Assembly (NCBI GenBank): GCA_963765495.1
Contig: CAVXWP010000012.1
Span: 1 to 64,000, forward strand
Reading direction: 5' to 3'
Length of the DNA: 64,000 bases
Source: Blastocatellia bacterium
GTDB taxonomy: Bacteria > Acidobacteriota > Blastocatellia > UBA7656
Both the position numbers and the translations under genes were made by a program. This document shows, piece after piece, positions 57,224 through 64,000 of this stretch; within the stretch, counting starts at the first letter, position 1, and every line of letters begins with the position of its first letter. Below the pieces are notes generated by a model. That model did not search any database, was not told where the DNA came from, and saw only the letters and a list, made by a program, of their open reading frames with translations.

Positions 57224-57751
57224 ATGAATATTAGCATCGGCCAGATAAGAGAGGATGACGGTCTTGAAGTCCATCATCTCTATCCGGAGGGAGAACCCCG
57301 ACTGGAGGACGAAGACAGCCGCATAACGGGGCGGTCGTCGCTTGATCTGCGCGCCGAGCGAAACGGCGACGAGGTGCAGATCGAAGGTACGCTAACCGCG
57401 ACGGTCGAAATTGACTGCGACCGTTGCCTGACGCCTTTATCGGTCCCCGTTAAACAAAGCTTCGACCTTCTTTATATACCTCCGCTTAAGACCACAGGCA
57501 CCGGGGATGAGCGGGAACTTGGTCGAGATGATCTTTCTATAGCCTTCTATCATGACCAGACGATTGATCTCGACGACCTCGTGCGAGAGCAGATCGAACT
57601 GACGTTCCCGATGGCGAGGCTGTGCAGCGAAGGGTGTCGCGGGTTGTGCCCGGAGTGCGGCGCTAACTTAAATGAGGGCCAGTGCGCCTGCCGTTTCGAG
57701 CAGATTGATCCGCGATGGGCCGCGCTGAAAGAGTTGAAATCTGGAAATTGA
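57224..57751 (+). CDS. yceD: YceD/DUF177 protein
   Basis: CDRCL, CSEGCRGLCPECGANLN, DPRWAAL; upstream of rpmF. Confidence 0.92.
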   Translation: MNISIGQIREDDGLEVHHLYPEGEPRLEDEDSRITGRSSLDLRAERNGDEVQIEGTLTATVEIDCDRCLTPLSVPVKQSFDLLYIPPLKTTGTGDERELGRDDLSIAFYHDQTIDLDDLVREQIELTFPMARLCSEGCRGLCPECGANLNEGQCACRFEQIDPRWAALKELKSGN

Positions 57752-57766
57752 AGGAGTAGTAAGACA

Positions 57767-57952
57767 ATGCCAAATCCTAAAAGGAAACATTCGAAATCTC
57801 GCACAGGAAAGCGCAGGGCGCACGATCACCTGCAACCCCCCGCCGTTGGAAATTGCCCTAACTGCGGCGAACCGAAGATGCCGCACCGCGTCTGTCCTAA
57901 TTGCGGGTTTTATCGGGGCCGCGTGGCCATCGAGATGAAAGAAGAAGAGTAA
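57767..57952 (+). CDS. rpmF: 50S ribosomal protein L32 (zinc-binding form)
   Basis: MPNPKRKHSKSR, CPNC..PHRVCPNCGFY. Confidence 0.97.
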   Translation: MPNPKRKHSKSRTGKRRAHDHLQPPAVGNCPNCGEPKMPHRVCPNCGFYRGRVAIEMKEEE

Positions 57953-58018
57953 GTCTCTTCGGCGGGCGCGCCTTTAAGGCTGCATCTTTAACCGCCTCTC
58001 TGACTTAGAGATTATTTA

Positions 58019-59056
58019 ATGCTTAGGATCGCTGTGGATGCAATGGGAGGCGATCACGCTCCCACAAGCGAGGTCGAAGGAGCCATCGAGGCCGTGCGTG
58101 ACCTCGGTGTTTCAGTAATCCTCGTGGGACGATCCGAAGAGATCAAGACGCAGCTTGAAAAGCACCGCGACGGCCGGGGCAAGAGGGAACACCTGTGGCG
58201 TGATTCGCAAATAGAGATTGTTGATGCGCGCGAGGTCATCACTATGGATGATCCGGTTGCAACAGCCGTCCGCCGCAAACGCAACAGTTCGATTCGCGTC
58301 GCGGCAAACCTCGTGCGTCACGGTGAGGCCGAGGCGCTTGTGAGCGCGGGAAACACGGGCGCGGTGATGATGACGGCAAAGCTTGTGATCGGCACGCTTC
58401 CAAAGGTCGACCGCCCGGCGCTTGCAGCCGTGTTGCCTACTATCACGGGACGAAGCACCGTGTTGCTCGACGTAGGGGCGAACGCCGAATGCAAGCCGTC
58501 GCACCTGCGCGATTTTGCCGTTATGGGATCGCTCTATTCGAGCGTGGTTGTAGGCATTCACAACCCTCGGGTAGGGCTTCTCTCGATTGGCGAAGAAGAG
58601 ATCAAGGGCAACGACCTGACAAAAGAAGCGTTCAAGCTGCTGAAGAGTTCGTCGCTGAATTTTATCGGCAACATCGAGGGCCGCGACATGTGTACGGGGC
58701 AGGCCGATGTGATCGTTTGTGATGGATTCACGGGCAATGTCGCGCTAAAAGTGAGCGAAGGCGTATTCGAATTCATTATGGGCCTGCTCAAACAGGAATT
58801 GAAATCGTCGCTCCAGACAAAGGCAGGCGCAGTGCTTACGCGGCCTGCCTTTCAGCGATTCAAGCAACGGCTGGATTACGCCGAATTCGGCGGCGCTCCG
58901 CTTTTGGGAATCAAAGGCGTCACGGTCATCTGCCACGGACGTTCAACTCCAAGAGCCATTCGAAACGCCATCGCCGTAGCCAGGGATTATTGTCTCGGAG
59001 ATGTCAACGAACGGATCGGACTTGAGATAGGCGTGCCGGTGATCAGTGGTCAGTGA
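58019..59056 (+). CDS. plsX: Phosphate acyltransferase
   Basis: IAVDAMGGD, SAGNTGA, DVGAN, CDGFTGN, GGAPLLG. Confidence 0.97.
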   Translation: MLRIAVDAMGGDHAPTSEVEGAIEAVRDLGVSVILVGRSEEIKTQLEKHRDGRGKREHLWRDSQIEIVDAREVITMDDPVATAVRRKRNSSIRVAANLVRHGEAEALVSAGNTGAVMMTAKLVIGTLPKVDRPALAAVLPTITGRSTVLLDVGANAECKPSHLRDFAVMGSLYSSVVVGIHNPRVGLLSIGEEEIKGNDLTKEAFKLLKSSSLNFIGNIEGRDMCTGQADVIVCDGFTGNVALKVSEGVFEFIMGLLKQELKSSLQTKAGAVLTRPAFQRFKQRLDYAEFGGAPLLGIKGVTVICHGRSTPRAIRNAIAVARDYCLGDVNERIGLEIGVPVISGQ

Positions 59057-59169
59057 TCGGTGGTCAGTGATCGGTGAAAAGACAGGGCGATTATGAAAAC
59101 GAAGAGGTTTAATTTGATGAGCCGGAAAGTTATTACACCTGGCTACCGGCCACCGGCCACCGATCACTG
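59037..59169. repeat. Heptamer inverted-repeat element (CRGTGRT)n ... (CACCGGC)n
   Basis: Left arm overlaps the last plsX codons; right arm ends 3 nt before the fabD ATG. Confidence 0.85.
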
Positions 59170-59172
59170 CTT

Positions 59173-60126
59173 ATGAAGACTGCGTTTCTATTTCCGGGGC
59201 AGGGCGCGCAGAAGGTGGGGATGGGCAGATCCCTGATCGAATCCGTCGAGCCGGCCCGACAGATATTTGAAGAGGCGGACGCCGTACTGGGCGCGAGACT
59301 TTCAAGCCTCTGCCTTGAAGGGCCGGAAGAAGAGTTGCGCCTGACGGCCAATACTCAGCCCGCGATCCTTACGGTCTCGATTGCCGCCCTGCGCGCGCTC
59401 GAAGCCAGAGGCGTGCGGGCGGATTTCGTAGCCGGTCACTCGCTTGGCGAATATTCGGCGCTTGTGGCGGCAGGCTCTTTGAAATTTGCCGACGCCCTTC
59501 GAGTAGTCAGAAAGCGCGGAGAGTTTATGCAGGAGGCTGTGCCCGAGGGCGAAGGCGCGATGGCTGCCCTGGTCGGCTGCGACGCTGAAACGGCAAACTC
59601 GATTTGCAGCGAGGCCGCAAGCCTCGGAGTCTGCGCCCCGGCCAATCTGAACGCACCTAATCAGATCGTGATCGCCGGTCATCGTTCAGCCGTAGAGCGC
59701 GCCGTAGAACTTGCTAAACAGAAGGGCGTACGCAAAGCAGTTCTGCTTGCCGTGAGCGCGCCGTTTCATTGCGAGTTGATGAAACCCGCGGCAGAACGGC
59801 TCGCCGAGGTGCTCGATGTGACCGAGTTTGCGGATTTGAATTTGCCCCTCGTAGGCAATGTAGACGCGGAGATAATACTGGCCGGGCGCGAGGCAAAAGA
59901 CGCATTGCTCAGACAGGTGGCATCACCCGTTCGATGGACTGAATCGGTTCAGCTCATGCTCGATCAGGGCGTGAGACGGTTTATAGAAGTGGGGCCGGGC
60001 AAAGTTTTATCGGGGCTGGTAAAGCAAATCAGCCGCGACAGCCAGATATCGGATGCCGTGTTATTGAATGTAGAAGATTCTGATTCGCTTGATCATACGC
60101 TTGCCGCTATAACACAAGTGAGTTGA
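59173..60126 (+). CDS. fabD: Malonyl-CoA:ACP transacylase
   Basis: FPGQG, TQPA, GHSLGEY, SAPFH, EVGPG. Confidence 0.97.
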   Translation: MKTAFLFPGQGAQKVGMGRSLIESVEPARQIFEEADAVLGARLSSLCLEGPEEELRLTANTQPAILTVSIAALRALEARGVRADFVAGHSLGEYSALVAAGSLKFADALRVVRKRGEFMQEAVPEGEGAMAALVGCDAETANSICSEAASLGVCAPANLNAPNQIVIAGHRSAVERAVELAKQKGVRKAVLLAVSAPFHCELMKPAAERLAEVLDVTEFADLNLPLVGNVDAEIILAGREAKDALLRQVASPVRWTESVQLMLDQGVRRFIEVGPGKVLSGLVKQISRDSQISDAVLLNVEDSDSLDHTLAAITQVS

Positions 60127-60209
60127 TTAGGGCGCGGTCTTCTTTCATGATTTAACCCGGCGCTGTAGTGATTTGACTAATTTTTTGGAAACGTTAGGAG
60201 GAGTTACAA

Positions 60210-60452
60210 ATGTCAGAAGGTTCCGTTGAGGCAAAGGTTACACAGATAATAATGGACGAGCTTGGGGTAGACGAGTCGGAAGTGACCGCCAATGCTCGTT
60301 TTATTGATGATCTAGGCGCTGATTCGCTCGATACGGTAGAACTCGTTATGCGGTTCGAAGAAGAGTTCAATATCGAAATACCGGATGAGGACGCTGAAAA
60401 GATAACCAGCGTGCGCGATGCGGTTGATTACATCGAGAAGCATTCCAAATAA
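60210..60452 (+). CDS. acpP: Acyl carrier protein
   Basis: [14 protein letters not shown]. Confidence 0.97.
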   Translation: MSEGSVEAKVTQIIMDELGVDESEVTANARFIDDLGADSLDTVELVMRFEEEFNIEIPDEDAEKITSVRDAVDYIEKHSK

Positions 60453-60490
60453 GCGATTCCCGAAGGGAAGCGTTTCTCTGGTTGGAGGTT

Positions 60491-61750
60491 ATGGCTTTGA
60501 ATCGTCGTGTTGTTATTACAGGTATAGGTCTCATTTGCGGCTCGGGCAATACCAAGGAAGAAGTCTGGTCGGATCTGCTTGCCGGGCGCAGTGAAATCTC
60601 TCACATCACCCGGTTCGACGTCAGCAACTTCCCCGTACGCATTGCCAGCGAAGTGAAAAATTTTGACCCCTTGAATTTCATAGAAAAGAAAGAGGTCAAG
60701 AAGATGGACGTCTTCATCCACTACGCGCTGGCAGCGGCGCAAGAAGCAATGGATGATTCCGGTTTGCGCGTCACGGATGAAAACGCGACGCGCATCGGAA
60801 CCTACATAGGTTCGGGCATAGGCGGATTTGGGGTGATCGAGCGCGAGCACGCGAAGTTCTTAAATCATGGGCCGGGCAAGATATCGCCCTTCTTTATCCC
60901 TGCCGCCATTGTAAACCTTGCGGCGGGCCAGGTCTCGATACGCTTTCGGGCCAAGGGGCCAAATTCAGCCACGTGCACAGCCTGCTCTACGGGGGCGCAC
61001 GCGGTCGGCGACAGCTTCAAGATCATTCAGCGCGGGGACGCGGACGCGATGATTTGCGGCGGGGCGGAGGCCGCCATCACTCCCATGGGAGTGGGTGGAT
61101 TCGCCGCTATGCGGGCGCTCTCTACGCGCAACGATGATCCCGAGCATTCCAGTCGTCCGTTTGACGCCGACCGCGACGGTTTCGTCATAGGCGAAGGCGC
61201 GGGCATACTGATCCTCGAAGAGCTAGAGCACGCCCGGGCGCGCGGGGCAAAGATTTACGCCGAGATGGCCGGCTACGGCATGTCGTCGGATGCGTTTCAC
61301 ATCACCCAGCCGTCGGAAGACGGGGATGGCGCCGTTCGGGTGATGCAAAACGCGATCAAGGACGCCGGCGTTGAGACGCACGAGGTTGATTACATCAACG
61401 CGCACGGCACCTCGACCCACTACAACGACAAGCTCGAAACGATGGCCATCAAGCGGGTCTTCGGCGATTCGGCGTACTCGATTCCGGTCAGTTCCACCAA
61501 ATCCATGATGGGGCATCTGCTGGGCGCTGCGGGCGGAGTCGAGGCGGGCGTGATTGCCCTGGCACTTCAGAATCAGGTTATACCGCCCACGGCGAATTAT
61601 GAAAAACCCGACCCTGATTGCGACCTAGATTATGTGCCGAACACCGCGAGGCGGGTCTCGATTCGTTACGCGCTTTCGAATTCGTTTGGGTTTGGCGGCA
61701 CAAACGCTGCCCTGCTGATGAAGCGATTCGAGCAGTCAAACGAAAGCTGA
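60491..61750 (+). CDS. fabF: Beta-ketoacyl-ACP synthase II
   Basis: TACSTG, NAHGTST, KSMMGHLLGA, SNSFGFGG. Confidence 0.97.
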   Translation: MALNRRVVITGIGLICGSGNTKEEVWSDLLAGRSEISHITRFDVSNFPVRIASEVKNFDPLNFIEKKEVKKMDVFIHYALAAAQEAMDDSGLRVTDENATRIGTYIGSGIGGFGVIEREHAKFLNHGPGKISPFFIPAAIVNLAAGQVSIRFRAKGPNSATCTACSTGAHAVGDSFKIIQRGDADAMICGGAEAAITPMGVGGFAAMRALSTRNDDPEHSSRPFDADRDGFVIGEGAGILILEELEHARARGAKIYAEMAGYGMSSDAFHITQPSEDGDGAVRVMQNAIKDAGVETHEVDYINAHGTSTHYNDKLETMAIKRVFGDSAYSIPVSSTKSMMGHLLGAAGGVEAGVIALALQNQVIPPTANYEKPDPDCDLDYVPNTARRVSIRYALSNSFGFGGTNAALLMKRFEQSNES

Positions 61751-61870
61751 AGCCGTCCGGGCTCTGAATCGGTTAACGCGCCGCAGCGATTATCTTTGCA
61801 GGCAGTCCGGGCGAGAAACGGTCTCGCCCGTGGATTTTTCTACGCCGGGGATTTATCGAAAAGGAAAGAC

Positions 61871-62653
61871 ATGAACATAGTCGTTTGTTTGAAGCAGGTG
61901 CCGAAAAAAGATTCGATCCTGAGGATCGCGCCCGATGGAAAATGGATTGACGAGCGCGACATCAGTTATGAAATGAGCGAGGCCGACGCCTACGCGCTCG
62001 AAGAGGCGCTCAGACAGAAAGAGAAACACGGGGGCGAAGTCATAGTGATCTCGTGCGGGCCTGAGCGGGTGAGGCAGTCAATCAAAGAAGCGCTCGCAAA
62101 GGGCGCGGACCGCGCCATCCACCTTCACGATCCCATCTTTGACACTGCTACGGATGCTCAAGCTTTAGGGCGGCTGCTTGCCGCCGCGCTCAAGGACGAG
62201 AAATTCGATCTGGTCTTTACCGGCCTGCAATCGGATGATTACGGTTACGCGCAGGTGGGTCTTATCATCGCCGAGCGACTCGGGATAGCCTCGGCTACAA
62301 TCGTCATGGAAGTACAGCCGGAGGCACCTTCGGTGCGGGTAAAGCGCGAGCTTGAGAGCGGATGGTTTCAGTGGGTTAAGGTGCCTATGCCTGCGCTGCT
62401 CACGATCCAATCCGGCATCAATCAGCTTCGATACGCCACACTCAAAGGCATCATGGCGGCGAAGAAAAAAGAGATACGAGAAGTCAAGGCGGCTGACCTC
62501 GGCTTGACGGCCGAAGACCTCAAACCCGGTCAGACAATCGAGCGCACATACCTGCCCGAAAAATCGAAACAGACCGAAATGATCGAAGGCAAGCCATCCG
62601 AGATCGCGGCCAAGCTGGTTGAGAAACTGCGCTTCGACGTGAGAGTCATCTGA
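61871..62653 (+). CDS. etfB: Electron transfer flavoprotein beta subunit
   Basis: VCLKQVP, DAYALEEAL, GADRA, RYATLKGIMAAKKK. Confidence 0.95.
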   Translation: MNIVVCLKQVPKKDSILRIAPDGKWIDERDISYEMSEADAYALEEALRQKEKHGGEVIVISCGPERVRQSIKEALAKGADRAIHLHDPIFDTATDAQALGRLLAAALKDEKFDLVFTGLQSDDYGYAQVGLIIAERLGIASATIVMEVQPEAPSVRVKRELESGWFQWVKVPMPALLTIQSGINQLRYATLKGIMAAKKKEIREVKAADLGLTAEDLKPGQTIERTYLPEKSKQTEMIEGKPSEIAAKLVEKLRFDVRVI

Positions 62654-62767
62654 TTTTGGATTTTGGATTTTGGATTGACGATGCGAAAGGCAGGTTTAGC
62701 TTCTGGTTATAAATCCAAAATCGCGCCGCGACGAAGTCGCATCATGCGCCACGAAAATCCAAAATCC
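62652..62767. repeat. Heptamer inverted-repeat element (GATTTTG)x3.5 ... (AAAATCC)n
   Basis: Starts inside the etfB stop codon; inverted copies at 62712-62722 and 62754-62767. Confidence 0.85.
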
Positions 62768-62781
62768 CAGAGGGGGGATTG

Positions 62782-63774
62782 ATGAGCGAAGGAATACTAC
62801 TTTTCATTGAGCAAAGAGACGGCGTGCTGAATCGCACTTCATTTGAAGCGATGGTTGCGGCTCAACGGATTGCAACGGAGACGGGCGATAAAGTATCTGC
62901 CGTCGTGCTTGGCAAAGGCATATCGAATGTCGCCCAGGAAGTGGCCGCAAAAAAGCTCGAAACCGTCTATACGGTCGAGGACGACAAGCTTGCCAGCTAC
63001 ACGCCTGACGGATATGTGGGCGCGCTCAGGCAGGTCGTTGAAAAACTCGATCCGCGATATGTCATCCTGAGCCACACTTATCGCGTGCGCGATTTCGCGC
63101 CGAGGCTTGCCGTGGCGCTTGGCAAATCGTTTGTGACCGACTGCATAGCCATTCGTGGTGAAGGTAGCGAAATGGTCTTTACGCGGCAGGTCTTTCAGGG
63201 CAAGATCAACACGGATGTTCGAGTCGAAGCCGCCCCGCCTGTGTTTGTATCATTTCAGGCTGGCTCATACAGAGCGGACCTTGCCGAAGCGGGAGACGCA
63301 ACCGCGCCCGTCAAATCGTTTGAGGTGAATATGGCCGATGTCAATATTCGCACCGAGAACGAAGAGCCGTTTCAGGAAGCCAAACAGGCGGTTGACCTCA
63401 CGCAGGCACCGCTCATCGTGGCCGTGGGCCGGGGTATCAAGAGCGAAGAGAACATCGCGATTGTCAAGGAACTGGCAGAAGCACTCGGAGCCGAGATTGC
63501 CGCCTCGCGCCCTATCTGCGATAACGAATGGCTGCCAATGGACCGCCAGATAGGAAGCTCCGGCCAGACCGTAGCGCCAAAACTCTACTTGGCCGTAGGC
63601 ATCTCAGGCGCGATTCAGCACGTGGTCGGCATGAAAAATTCTCAGACGATAGTCGCCATAAACAAAGACCCCGAAGCGCCTATCTTCGATCTGGCCGATT
63701 ACGGGATCGTGGGCGACCTGTTCGAAATAGTGCCCGCGCTCACAGCCGAGATTCGCCAGGCCAAAGGACAGTGA
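62782..63774 (+). CDS. etfA: Electron transfer flavoprotein alpha subunit
   Basis: VGRG, ASRP, QIGSSG, GISGAIQH, AINKD..APIF. Confidence 0.96.
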   Translation: MSEGILLFIEQRDGVLNRTSFEAMVAAQRIATETGDKVSAVVLGKGISNVAQEVAAKKLETVYTVEDDKLASYTPDGYVGALRQVVEKLDPRYVILSHTYRVRDFAPRLAVALGKSFVTDCIAIRGEGSEMVFTRQVFQGKINTDVRVEAAPPVFVSFQAGSYRADLAEAGDATAPVKSFEVNMADVNIRTENEEPFQEAKQAVDLTQAPLIVAVGRGIKSEENIAIVKELAEALGAEIAASRPICDNEWLPMDRQIGSSGQTVAPKLYLAVGISGAIQHVVGMKNSQTIVAINKDPEAPIFDLADYGIVGDLFEIVPALTAEIRQAKGQ

Positions 63775-63777
63775 TGG

Positions 63778-63910
63778 AGGGGGCCGGGGGTCGGGGGCCG
63801 GGGGCCGGTGATTACATATCGGCATATGGTCTAAAATTCTCCAGATGTATTTCAAAAACCGGCCACAGAAAAACAACTACCGGCCCCTGGCCCCCGACCC
63901 CCGGCCCCCT
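63778..63910. repeat. Heptamer inverted-repeat element (GGGCCGG)x4 ... (CCGGCCC)x4
   Basis: Read directly between etfA and the next gene. Confidence 0.85.
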
Positions 63911-63918
63911 TAAAGATT

Positions 63919-64000
63919 ATGGCAATTGAGAGAGAACAACTTGAAATGGATGTCCTGCTTGTGGGAGCAGGACCGGCTAATCTATCGTGCGCGCTCCATC
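63919..64000 (+). CDS. Probable ETF-ubiquinone oxidoreductase, N-terminus only
   Basis: MAIEREQLEMDVLLVGAGPANLSCALH directly after etfBA. Confidence 0.75.
   Translation, partial: MAIEREQLEMDVLLVGAGPANLSCALH

Overview
A 64-kb bacterial chromosome segment of moderately high GC. Gene content and style (TolB/TPR Ser/Thr kinase, D2-only Clp ATPase, TPR-AMIN amidase) suggest Acidobacteriota, probably Blastocatellia-like; this is inference. Housekeeping blocks: a TetR-linked beta-oxidation operon, a methionine block (frameshifted yitJ-type gene plus metH), ndh, several cell-wall hydrolases, an ECF sigma/anti-sigma/PDZ/site-2-protease cluster, yceD-rpmF-plsX-fabD-acpP-fabF, and etfBA followed by an ETF-QO start. 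No rRNA, tRNA, CRISPR array, transposase or integrase was recognised. Main observations: (1) a tightly coupled six-gene operon (OlsB-like GNAT, PlsC/OlsA-like acyltransferase, DinB, NRDE/TANGO2, hydrolase-DedA-ATP-grasp fusion, exported HExxH protein) that looks like an uncharacterised aminolipid synthesis, remodelling and export system; (2) a c-di-GMP-I riboswitch whose P3 stem is extended by a 36-bp heptamer-repeat hairpin; (3) a SAM-II-type riboswitch with a terminator/antiterminator switch; (4) about 15 intergenic inverted-repeat elements built from different 7-, 8- or 9-bp tandem units with one shared architecture; (5) an HtrA-like protein lacking the whole catalytic triad inside the ECF cluster. 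All calls come from reading motifs by eye; no searches were run.
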